Below, piece by piece: positions 55,866 to 64,000 of a DNA stretch of 64,000 nucleotides; within the stretch, counting starts at the first letter, position 1, and every line of letters starts with the position of its first letter. The position numbers and the translations under genes are program-made. The notes beneath the pieces are model-generated. The model ran no database searches. It saw only the letters and a list, made by a program, of their open reading frames with translations, and had not been told where the DNA came from. Source of the stretch: an uncultured bacterium (GTDB lineage Bacteria > Patescibacteriota > Microgenomatia > Levybacterales > UBA12049); the NCBI GenBank assembly GCA_963826535.1, contig CAWGXL010000011.1, positions 256,809-320,808 of the forward strand, read 5' to 3'.

Positions 55866-56073
55866 GTGTGGGTTCTGCGCTGAGGTACTGTGTTGCTTCC
55901 TCGACTGCACCCCGAAGCGTGCTTGTAGACACATGCGGGAACCACTCGTTGTGTAATTCTTCAATAGTAAATCCATTAGCAAGCATATTAATTACCTGCG
56001 CAACTGTGATACGAGTGCCCTTAATCGTCAACTCCCCACCTACCCGCTCTTTGCGTGACTCAAGGTATTTCAT
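55846..56073 (-). CDS. DUF433-family protein
   Basis: GELTIKGTRITVAQVINML. Confidence 0.55.
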   Translation of the reverse strand: MKYLESRKERVGGELTIKGTRITVAQVINMLANGFTIEELHNEWFPHVSTSTLRGAVEEATQYLSAEPTHAETVL

Positions 56074-56274
56074 AGTATGAGTATACTAACAAGCAGACCA
56101 TAAAAAGTCAATTCAGGGAGCTATGTTATAATTCTGTTAAAGATATGAATCAATTGACAAAACGGATAATTTACTAAGTTTGATTCCAAATAATCTCCAC
56201 GAGTTTCCGCTTAATTGTTTAATAAATTTAAATTAATTTTCTTATAGTAGATAGGGAAATGGAAGTGGTACAAT

Positions 56275-57171
56275 ATGTTGGGATTACTCTGCTATATAAT
56301 AATCATGGATATTTTACCTCAATTAATAGTAAATAGCATTATTGCCGGGGCGATCTATTCGATGATTGCTTTGGGGTTTAATTTGATCTACGGTACGGCT
56401 AAATTTTTTGATCTGGGATATGGAGCATTGACGGCTGTGGGTGGATATGCTGTTTTCTATTTTTATAAAACACTTGGGTTAGATTTATATATTTCGGTGG
56501 TTTTGGGGCTTCTTATTGCCGGGTGTATTGGGTATTTGATTTACCGTTTCGTATATACTCCACTTCGCGCGCGAAAATCTTCAAGCATGGTCCTATTGGT
56601 CGCATCACTTGGAGCATTTACTATGCTTCAGGCTATTATTGCAATTCTATTCACAAGTCAGTTTCAGACGTTGTCGCGTAATGCCGGAACTGAGCAGGTC
56701 TTTAATGTGTTTGGCGGGGTGATTACGCAAACACAATTGATTATTCTTATTCTTGGCGTGCTAATTATGATGGGGCTGGGAATAGTTCTTAAATATACTA
56801 TGATGGGCAAGGCGGTAAAGGCGGTGGCTGATGATGAGGAGGTGTCGCAAATCGTTGGTATAAATACATCCAAGATTATTGGTTTGGTGTTTTTTATTGG
56901 TTCGGCAATTGCGGGTCTGGCAGGTATATTAATTGGATTTGATACAGGTATTGAGCCGACCATGGGATTTTCTTTGCTTTTGAAGGGTGTGATCGCTTGT
57001 ATTATCGGCGGCATAGGTAATGTATATGGAGGCTTTTTGGGCGCGTTTCTGCTGGGATTTATTGAAAACTTCGGTATATGGAAAATTTCAGGGGAATGGA
57101 AGGATGCAATTGCGTTTGTGGTTTTGATTATTTTCCTGCTGTTTAGGCCAAAAGGAATATTAAGGAAATAG
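56275..57171 (+). CDS. livH: Branched-chain amino acid ABC transporter permease (LivH-like)
   Basis: Eight TM helices; family resemblance. Confidence 0.7.
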   Translation: MLGLLCYIIIMDILPQLIVNSIIAGAIYSMIALGFNLIYGTAKFFDLGYGALTAVGGYAVFYFYKTLGLDLYISVVLGLLIAGCIGYLIYRFVYTPLRARKSSSMVLLVASLGAFTMLQAIIAILFTSQFQTLSRNAGTEQVFNVFGGVITQTQLIILILGVLIMMGLGIVLKYTMMGKAVKAVADDEEVSQIVGINTSKIIGLVFFIGSAIAGLAGILIGFDTGIEPTMGFSLLLKGVIACIIGGIGNVYGGFLGAFLLGFIENFGIWKISGEWKDAIAFVVLIIFLLFRPKGILRK

Positions 57172-57194
57172 CTTATGTTACACAAAAATAATTT

Positions 57195-57237
57195 GTCATT
57201 CCCCTGGACCCTCCAGAGGCGGGCGGGCAGGGGAATC
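57195..57237. repeat. Palindromic element GTCATTCCCCTG-N20-CAGGGGAATC
   Basis: Read directly. Sits in the livH-livM spacer. Confidence 0.5.
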
Positions 57238-57295
57238 TAGAAGATATAAATAACTCTTCTTTATAAGGGGGAAATGAAAAAACTTATTTTACCTC

Positions 57296-57327
57296 CTGGA
57301 TTCCCGCGTTCGCGGGAATGACAACTG
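57296..57327. repeat. 32-bp palindromic repeat CTGGATTCCCGCGTTCGCGGGAATGACAACTG
   Basis: 31/32 identical to 37700-37731. Confidence 0.6.
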
Positions 57328-57348
57328 ATTAAGTCCTAAAATAAACTT

Positions 57349-58215
57349 ATGGAATATCTTATTCACATTCTCATACTCATTAGCATATACGCAATTTTGG
57401 GGCTTTCTTTGAATCTGGTTGTTGGATATACAGGACTCCTATCTGTCACTCAGGCGGCATTCTACGGTATTGGGGCTTATGTTACGGCAATTCTTTTAAC
57501 TACAACGGGGATGAATTTTTTTCCAGCTTTGTTAATTGGAATAGTGATAACCGGAGTCTTGAGTCTATTAATTGGTTTTGTGCTTTCGAAATTTAAGGAT
57601 GATTACTTTGCCCTTGGGTCATTTGGATTTAATGTAATAATCTATAGTATTTTTTTGAATTGGCAGGAATTGACACGCGGGCCTTTGGGAATTCCCGGTA
57701 TTCCCAGGCCTGAATTATTTGGTTTTACCTTTTCCGATAATCTTTCGTTTTTAATTCTAACTGTTGCTTGTGCGCTGGTTATATATGGGTTGTGCGTTTT
57801 TATAACCTGTTCGTCATTTGGGCGGGTGCTCAAAGCTATACGGGAAGATGAAGAAGCGTTAAGCGTTTTTGGCTACCGAACTTTGTGGTTCAAACTAACT
57901 ATATTTGTGATTAGCGCAATGATGGCCTCTGTGGCCGGATCGCTTTTTGCGAGTTATATTACATTTATTGATCCTTCAACTTTTACTCTGACTGAGTCTA
58001 TATTTATTTTGGCAATAATCATCCTCGGCGGTTTGGCGAATAATAAGGGAGCAGTTATTGGAGCAGTATGCCTGATACTACTTCCTGAAATTCTAAGGTT
58101 TGTGGGTTTTCCTTCAGATATTGCCGCGCAGATGAGACAGGTGACTTATGGGCTGCTGTTAATATTGCTTATGCTCTACAGGCCGCAGGGGTTATTGGGA
58201 GAGTATAGATTATAA
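57349..58215 (+). CDS. livM: Branched-chain amino acid ABC transporter permease (LivM-like)
   Basis: Multi-TM permease. Confidence 0.7.
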   Translation: MEYLIHILILISIYAILGLSLNLVVGYTGLLSVTQAAFYGIGAYVTAILLTTTGMNFFPALLIGIVITGVLSLLIGFVLSKFKDDYFALGSFGFNVIIYSIFLNWQELTRGPLGIPGIPRPELFGFTFSDNLSFLILTVACALVIYGLCVFITCSSFGRVLKAIREDEEALSVFGYRTLWFKLTIFVISAMMASVAGSLFASYITFIDPSTFTLTESIFILAIIILGGLANNKGAVIGAVCLILLPEILRFVGFPSDIAAQMRQVTYGLLLILLMLYRPQGLLGEYRL

Positions 58216-58275
58216 TTGTGTGAGCTTGGAATTTGTTTATAGTATGCTTGAGTTATGGTAAAATTGTGATCAATT

Positions 58276-59418
58276 TTGATACTTATGAATAAAAAAATTA
58301 TTTGGGGTATAGCAATGATAGTTATCCTCTTGGGCATAGGTCTGATTTGGGGTGTTAATAAAAACCCGACTACTTCAAAAGGCAATCCTATTCGTATAGC
58401 ATTTATTGGACCGCTTACCGGCAGTGCGGCAGTGTTTGGAGAAATTGAAAAAAATACGATTCAACTCGCGGTTGAGGAAATAAACTCAAAAGGAGGGGTG
58501 AATGGACGATTAATCGAGGTAAAATATGAAGATGCAAAATGTGAGGGAAAGCTGGCAGTTTCCGCAGCCCAAAAACTGATCAATCTTGATAAAATTAGAT
58601 TACTCATAGTTTCTTGCTCTCAGGAAATTTTACCGATTGCTCCAATTACTGAAAAGTCGAAAGTTCTCGTGTTTGCTCCTTATGCTAATGCATCAGGTAT
58701 AACAAATGCAGGAGATTACATTTTCCGTAACGCTCAGTCAAATCGTGTTGTATCCGGTACTATGGCTAAAGTTGCTCTTGAAAAAGGAAAACGAGCAGTA
58801 GTTCTAAGCGAGCAGAGTGCTTTTTCAACTGATTTAAAGAATCTTTTTATTGAAGAATATAAGAAAAGAGGGGGAACGGTAGTTAATAACCAAGAATATC
58901 CACAAGGCGCAAAAGATTATCGATCCCAAATTTCAAAAATGTTAGCAGAAAAGCCTGAAGTAGTGGTTCTGATTCCAAATGGACCTGCAACAGGAATACC
59001 TGCTCTTAAACAATTTCGGGAGCTTGGCTATAAAAACGTGTTTGTAGGCAACCTTTTCGGAGGAAGTATAGAGGTACAGTCAATTCCTGAGGCACAGGGA
59101 ATGATCTATGTTTCTGATCCAATTATTGCAGAAGGTTCAGCTAAAAAAGAACTTTTTGATAAATACAAGGCGAATTTCGGTGAGTACCCGGATCTTGAGT
59201 GGGCAACCGGCGCCAGCTATGATGCGGTTTATATTTTAAAGCAAGCTTTTGAGGCTGTAGGCGATGATCCCACAAAAGTTAAAGATTATTTGTACAAGAT
59301 GCCTGAGTTTACGGGGATTTTAGGGGCATACAGATTCGATAGTAACGGTGATATGACAAAGTCGAAGCCGGCAGTCGCTGAAATAAAAAATAATACATCT
59401 GTATTAATTTCGCAATAA
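58276..59418 (+). CDS. ABC substrate-binding protein (Leu/Ile/Val-binding family)
   Basis: N-terminal anchor and a Peripla_BP_6-like sequence. Confidence 0.7.
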   Translation: MILMNKKIIWGIAMIVILLGIGLIWGVNKNPTTSKGNPIRIAFIGPLTGSAAVFGEIEKNTIQLAVEEINSKGGVNGRLIEVKYEDAKCEGKLAVSAAQKLINLDKIRLLIVSCSQEILPIAPITEKSKVLVFAPYANASGITNAGDYIFRNAQSNRVVSGTMAKVALEKGKRAVVLSEQSAFSTDLKNLFIEEYKKRGGTVVNNQEYPQGAKDYRSQISKMLAEKPEVVVLIPNGPATGIPALKQFRELGYKNVFVGNLFGGSIEVQSIPEAQGMIYVSDPIIAEGSAKKELFDKYKANFGEYPDLEWATGASYDAVYILKQAFEAVGDDPTKVKDYLYKMPEFTGILGAYRFDSNGDMTKSKPAVAEIKNNTSVLISQ

Positions 59419-59428
59419 TACTCAAATT

Positions 59429-59761
59429 ATGAAGCACATAATAAGTCTAAAACTTACAGAACCAAGCGAGATATGCTATAATGCATTTACTATGAAAACC
59501 ACACAGAGAAACAAACAGGATCGTATTGTACGTATTCCCGGACTCGTGGGAGGTAAGCCGGTTATTAAAGGGACACGTATTCCTGTTGATATGGTTTTGG
59601 AACGACTTACGTATGACTTGGATCTCAAAACGCTCTTTGAAGATTATCCGGAATTGAAAGAGGAAGATATTAAAGCGTGTATTGCATATGCCAAAGAGCT
59701 TGTTGAAGACGAGGAAGCGTTCCCCGCTGCGGAAGCAGACACCAAACAAGCACAGGTATGA
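59429..59761 (+). CDS. DUF433-family protein
   Basis: GGKPVIKGTRIPVDMVLERL. The true start may be the internal MKTTQRN. Confidence 0.55.
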   Translation: MKHIISLKLTEPSEICYNAFTMKTTQRNKQDRIVRIPGLVGGKPVIKGTRIPVDMVLERLTYDLDLKTLFEDYPELKEEDIKACIAYAKELVEDEEAFPAAEADTKQAQV

Positions 59762-60132
59762 AATTTCTCCTCGATCAGAGCGTTGAACGCCGATTAGCTC
59801 CTTTTCTCAGAAACTTAGGCCATGATGTCAAAGTTGTGAGCATTGACTACGAGGCCGGAATATTAGATCAAGAAGTTCTTCTCTTGGCCAACAAAGAGAG
59901 CCGTATTTTACTCACTAATGATAAAGGCGATTTTGGGGAGCTAATATTTCGCTACCATCACTCGCACTCTGGCGTTATTCTCTTTAGGCGGATGATATCA
60001 GGAGATATGCTTACAAAACAAGAAAGGCTCTCGTATGTTCTCCAAGAATATGCAAATCAGCTGCATCATTTTATAGTTGTGAGTCCAAAGAGTGTGCGTG
60101 TCAGAAAAAAACAGGGACGAAAAGCCATTTGA
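59758..60132 (+). CDS. DUF5615-like PIN-fold protein
   Basis: MKFLLDQSV...ILLTNDKGDFGEL. Overlaps the DUF433 gene by 4 nt. Confidence 0.55.
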   Translation: MKFLLDQSVERRLAPFLRNLGHDVKVVSIDYEAGILDQEVLLLANKESRILLTNDKGDFGELIFRYHHSHSGVILFRRMISGDMLTKQERLSYVLQEYANQLHHFIVVSPKSVRVRKKQGRKAI

Positions 60133-60239
60133 TCCTCTACTTTAAGATTGTTTGTTTCTGCTACTCACGAAGGACTAAATAAAATTTACGTTTACAATAT
60201 GGCTGAATTATGGTTAAATACTGATAAATTTTAGTACTT

Positions 60240-61352
60240 ATGAATAAAAAGTTTATTTGGATCATTGTCGGGATTGTAGTTGTATTGGTTTTTGTTTTTG
60301 GATTTTATAGACAACAAAGCGTAAACAAAGACTCAATTAAAATTGGCATGGCACTTGCGCTTACGGGAGATGCTGCTCCGTGGGGAGAGGTGTCACGTAA
60401 TGCAGCGCAACTTGCAGTTGATGAAATAAATAAAAATGGTGGAATAAACGGCAAAAGAATAGAAATTGTGATTGAGGATAGCAAGAGTTCTTCGAAAGAT
60501 TCAACCCTCGCAGTTTCAAAATTAGTCAATGTAGATAAGGTAAAAGCCGTAATGATCACTTGGCTTGATTCGTATCCCGGAGCGGAAAGTGTCATTCCCA
60601 AAAATATGCTTCTAATTTCCCAGGACGCGGCAATTGAGTCTGTAAACGTGCCTGTAAATCATCCTAACGTATTCTCATTATGGTATCGGACATCTGCGAA
60701 GGCGGAAGTGACTTTATCCGAAATGACCCGAACGGGCATTAAAACTTTATATGTAGTGACTCAAAATGATCCGTATTATAGAAAGCTTGTAGAATTTCTA
60801 AAAAATGAGGCGCTAGAACAAGGTATATCAATAATCGCAGAAGAATCACTAAGCCCCAAAAGTGATGTGAGAACTGTTGTTGCCAAGATCGGAGCAGCTA
60901 AACCGGATGCTGTTTTCTTTGGTTCATATGATGATCAGATTAGTGTTAGTTTTATAAAAAGTTTCCATGAGATAATAGGCGGCAAGACACCGCTCTATGG
61001 TGATGAATTTATTGAGCAGGATTTTACCAGCAAGAACTTTAGTACAACTTGGCTTGAAGGAATGAAATATTATGTTCCGGCAGAGCCTAACACTCAATTT
61101 GGAGAAAAATATAAAGCGCGATTCGGAATAGAGCCTAAGTTTAGTGCAGGGACTACTTACGACACGGTAATGGTTATGGCTAAATTCCTAACTGATGCAC
61201 CATCTGACTTGACTAAATATATGAGAGACACGGAGTTTGATACTGTCACATATGGTAAAATTGCGTTTGATGAAATAGGGGGCGTGGTTGCGGATAAAAC
61301 AGCTATTACCATGAAGCAGATTGTTGGGCAAAAAGTTGTCCCGGTAAAATAA
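60240..61352 (+). CDS. ABC substrate-binding protein (Leu/Ile/Val-binding family)
   Basis: Paralog. Confidence 0.7.
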   Translation: MNKKFIWIIVGIVVVLVFVFGFYRQQSVNKDSIKIGMALALTGDAAPWGEVSRNAAQLAVDEINKNGGINGKRIEIVIEDSKSSSKDSTLAVSKLVNVDKVKAVMITWLDSYPGAESVIPKNMLLISQDAAIESVNVPVNHPNVFSLWYRTSAKAEVTLSEMTRTGIKTLYVVTQNDPYYRKLVEFLKNEALEQGISIIAEESLSPKSDVRTVVAKIGAAKPDAVFFGSYDDQISVSFIKSFHEIIGGKTPLYGDEFIEQDFTSKNFSTTWLEGMKYYVPAEPNTQFGEKYKARFGIEPKFSAGTTYDTVMVMAKFLTDAPSDLTKYMRDTEFDTVTYGKIAFDEIGGVVADKTAITMKQIVGQKVVPVK

Positions 61353-61356
61353 AAGT

Positions 61357-62478
61357 ATGAATAAAAAAATTATTTGGGTGCTTGTTGGAGTTATAGCCAT
61401 TATTATTGTTTTTGGGGTTTATAGACAAAATGGTGTTGATGAAGACAAAATTAAAATTGGGGTGGTGCTGCCTATGACGGGTATTGGTGCGGTTTTTGGA
61501 GAGCATCAATTGAATGCCGTTCGGCTTGCTGCAGATGAGATAAACGCGAAGGGTGGAATCAAGGGTCGAAAAATTGAAATAGTTTTAGAAGATGATAGTA
61601 CAGAACCCAAAAAGGCAGTTTCTGCTTTTAAAAAGGTAACTGAGGTTGACCATGTGCCGGTTGTAATTGGCGCGGCTTGGGACATTCTAGCAAACGCTGT
61701 TATGCCTCTTGTAGATAGCAAGAAAATACCGACTATTACTGCGTCAGCTCCTCCAGACTCATTGGAGAAGACAAGTGATGTATTCTTTACAACTTACCAA
61801 CCGATATTTGTGCATCAAGGCATAATCGAGAAATATCTACGGAATGAATCCGGTGAAAGGGTAGCTATAGTTTATGTTAATAACCCATGGGGAAAAGCCT
61901 ATCTTAATACATATAAAAAGGCGGCAGTGGCGGCTGGTAAAAAGTTAGTTGCGGAGGTAAAGCTTCCTAAATTTGATAACAACGATATACAAAGAGAGAT
62001 TACACTTCTCAAAAGCTCTAGCCCTGATATTTTGTTGACTGCGATTAATTTGTTTGATCCAAAATTGCTTATAGAAAAGAATAAGGAACTGGGTTTGAAT
62101 GCGCGAATCTTTGGGACAGACAATATTATGGCAAGTTATCTAAATCAGGAGATTAGCAAAGACGCTACAACCGGTGTTGTTATATTTCACTTTGCGTCCC
62201 CTAGCGCTGAGTTTGTGACAAATTATAGAAGTAAGTATGCAAAAGAACCGGTAACTGAAGCGGACAGGGCATACGATGCTGTGTACGTCATTGCTCAAGC
62301 GATTGAGAATTCAGGTGATTTTTCATCTGCAGGAATTGTTAAGGGCATAAAGCAGATTAAAAATTATAAAGGAGCGTCCGGATTAATCGATTATACAAAA
62401 GCAAACTGGCCGACAGCTGAGACTGCTCTGCTTGAGATTTTTGATGGGGAAAGTTTTGTGCCGTACCTGAATAATTGA
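61357..62478 (+). CDS. ABC substrate-binding protein (Leu/Ile/Val-binding family)
   Basis: Paralog. Confidence 0.7.
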   Translation: MNKKIIWVLVGVIAIIIVFGVYRQNGVDEDKIKIGVVLPMTGIGAVFGEHQLNAVRLAADEINAKGGIKGRKIEIVLEDDSTEPKKAVSAFKKVTEVDHVPVVIGAAWDILANAVMPLVDSKKIPTITASAPPDSLEKTSDVFFTTYQPIFVHQGIIEKYLRNESGERVAIVYVNNPWGKAYLNTYKKAAVAAGKKLVAEVKLPKFDNNDIQREITLLKSSSPDILLTAINLFDPKLLIEKNKELGLNARIFGTDNIMASYLNQEISKDATTGVVIFHFASPSAEFVTNYRSKYAKEPVTEADRAYDAVYVIAQAIENSGDFSSAGIVKGIKQIKNYKGASGLIDYTKANWPTAETALLEIFDGESFVPYLNN

Positions 62479-62762
62479 CTTCATTTGCTTTCCAATTTGC
62501 ATGTGTTAAAATAAGCACAATGAAACGATTGATAACGCAAGACCCAAATATATTAAATGGTAAACCTATTATAGCTGGCACGAGAATGTCTGTTGAGTCG
62601 TTATTGGAGATGCTTTCATCCGGTGTAGAGACCAAAGATATAATTAAAGAATTTCCTTTCCTGAAAAAAGAGCATATTGCTGCATCGATTGAGTATGCAA
62701 AGAATCTTGTTCAGAAGGAAGAAAGTTACTTTTTTGACAAAACCCATTCAAAAGATGCATGA
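62475..62762 (+). CDS. DUF433-family protein
   Basis: NGKPIIAGTRMSVESLLEML. Confidence 0.55.
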   Translation: MTSFAFQFACVKISTMKRLITQDPNILNGKPIIAGTRMSVESLLEMLSSGVETKDIIKEFPFLKKEHIAASIEYAKNLVQKEESYFFDKTHSKDA

Positions 62763-63109
62763 AATTTCTTGCAGATATTAATATTCCTCAATCAGTCATC
62801 GTAGAATTAAAAAAACGCAAACATGATGTTGTTGACGCCAAAAAAAATCTTCTTCATGCTCCAGATACAAAATTAATTTCAATAGCAAAACAGGAGACAA
62901 GAATTATCCTCACCCGCGATAAGGATTTTATTACTCTGGCACAATACCCAAAATACCAAGTTCCAACAATCGTAATCCGTTTGAAAAATCAAACGCCAAG
63001 GCATATATCAAAAAGAATTATTGAATTACTGGAGAATCAGAATGTTGATACACTGGAAAATTCACTTACGCTTGTAAAAGAAGACGCTGCCCGTTCATAT
63101 CCTTATTAA
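62759..63109 (+). CDS. DUF5615-like PIN-fold protein
   Basis: MKFLADINIP...RIILTRDKDF. Overlaps the DUF433 gene by 4 nt. Confidence 0.55.
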   Translation: MKFLADINIPQSVIVELKKRKHDVVDAKKNLLHAPDTKLISIAKQETRIILTRDKDFITLAQYPKYQVPTIVIRLKNQTPRHISKRIIELLENQNVDTLENSLTLVKEDAARSYPY

Positions 63110-63117
63110 ACTAACTT

Positions 63118-63459
63118 ATGCGAATTACCAAATCTACTCCATTTACAAAAAAAGAAATTGAGAAGTTGTCTGAGGTTTTTGAAACTTATATTAAGACTGT
63201 TATTGATATTAAAAGGAAAATTTGTTCTGCGGGGTGTGATATGCATTTTGAATCGGAAGCGATTCTTCTCAAAGAAGGATCAAAACAGGCGGATTTATGG
63301 GGCGGGGGTATTGATTTAGAAGCTAAAATGGTTGATTTTAATTCGTTTATTAATATCCGGCCAGCTGATAATAATACAAGCAATGAGATACAGGATAAAA
63401 TAATAAGAGAGGAATACGAAAAACTTACAAGGTATTTTTTCAAAAAGGTGTATGAATAA
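63118..63459 (+). CDS. Hypothetical protein
   Basis: ORF only. Confidence 0.35.
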   Translation: MRITKSTPFTKKEIEKLSEVFETYIKTVIDIKRKICSAGCDMHFESEAILLKEGSKQADLWGGGIDLEAKMVDFNSFINIRPADNNTSNEIQDKIIREEYEKLTRYFFKKVYE

Positions 63460-63730
63460 TAAAATCAGCTTGGGATCGCTTTCAATGGATTTACTTCGTG
63501 TGGCTCTTGGGATTCATAGAGGTTCTTATAAAATGGCAGAGCGATTTTCTCAAGAAGCTATGAAAAGAAGGCATGAGATAGATGAGCGCGAGGTTAAGCC
63601 ATATCTAAGAAAGGTGCTGGCTAATATGGAGAATTCACTGAAAATTTCAGACCCTAAAAAAAAGGCTGAAGACTCACTTATGTACAGCACAATTATTAGA
63701 AATTACTGTCTTTCATTTCTTAAAAACTAA
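63452..63730 (+). CDS. Hypothetical protein
   Basis: ORF only. Confidence 0.35.
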   Translation: MNNKISLGSLSMDLLRVALGIHRGSYKMAERFSQEAMKRRHEIDEREVKPYLRKVLANMENSLKISDPKKKAEDSLMYSTIIRNYCLSFLKN

Positions 63731-63796
63731 AATGCGCATCAATAATAATGAGTCGCCCCTGCCGATAAAAAATTTCAAAATGCAAGAAATTAATTT

Positions 63797-64000
63797 ATGA
63801 AAAAAGTAATGATTTTGGTAGGAATAGTAATAATAGTAATTGGTATAGGTTGGGTGATGGATGGAAATAATAGTTCATCTACTAAAGTTGACTTGATACG
63901 GGTGGGAGTGATTGAGTCGCTTTCAGGGCCTGCTGCGTATTATGGGGAACAAAATAAGAAGGGCATTGATCTTGCGATTGTTAAACTCAAAGAAAAATAT
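63797..64000 (+). CDS. ABC substrate-binding protein paralog, partial at the window end
   Basis: MKKVMILVGIVIIVIGIGWVMDGNNSSSTKVDLIRVGVIESLSGPAAYYGEQNKKG matches the other binding-protein N-termini. Confidence 0.6.
   Translation, partial: MKKVMILVGIVIIVIGIGWVMDGNNSSSTKVDLIRVGVIESLSGPAAYYGEQNKKGIDLAIVKLKEKY

Noticed and set aside
1-64000. CRISPR arrays, rRNA and tRNA genes
   Set aside because: Scanned all intergenic spacers longer than 80 bp. I found no regularly spaced direct repeats, no cloverleaf-compatible 70-90 nt segments and no rRNA-like conserved blocks.

Overview
The window reads as a gene-dense, AT-rich bacterial chromosome segment. Small genes, many toxin-antitoxin (TA)-like pairs, pilN/pilO-like genes and an ankyrin protein suggest a small-genome, possibly CPR/Patescibacteria-like organism (inference only). 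No rRNA, tRNA or CRISPR array was found.

Recognisable housekeeping and accessory content:
- panD and an FKBP isomerase
- a zur-znuACB zinc-uptake operon
- nrdR-nrdJ (B12-dependent ribonucleotide reductase)
- gap and a CMP-kinase-like protein
- a liv-type branched-chain amino acid ABC cluster with five paralogous binding proteins
- an ECF sigma / anti-sigma pair next to an ABC-2 exporter
- a block of stress and detox genes (ArsR, SRPBCC, three VOC proteins, NUDIX, M15 peptidase, MFS, TMEM175, CHRD, AlkD-like, YbaK-like)
- a VapBC pair, four DUF433/DUF5615 pairs and one DUF4258/DUF2283 pair
- one intact IS481-like insertion sequence with 13-bp inverted repeats and a 5-bp target duplication

The stand-out feature is in the first 14 kb: six tandem paralogs of an uncharacterised ~300-aa protein with ~11% cysteine. 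It has a conserved 19-aa N-terminus, an internal two-fold duplication, a 15-residue C-x2-C-x2-C-x8 periodicity and two hypervariable blocks. The copies are interleaved with TA-like pairs and a pilN/pilO-like plus surface-protein module that runs straight into one paralog.

Other notable signals:
- a family of short GTCATTCC...GGAAT palindromic repeats in intergenic regions
- GC-rich perfect palindromes embedded in low-complexity surface-protein genes
- three minus-strand promoters with perfect TTGACA-17-TATACT/TATATT geometry, two sharing a 16-bp core
- an unannotated 53-aa gene
- two apparent frameshifts (an aminotransferase and an ankyrin gene)
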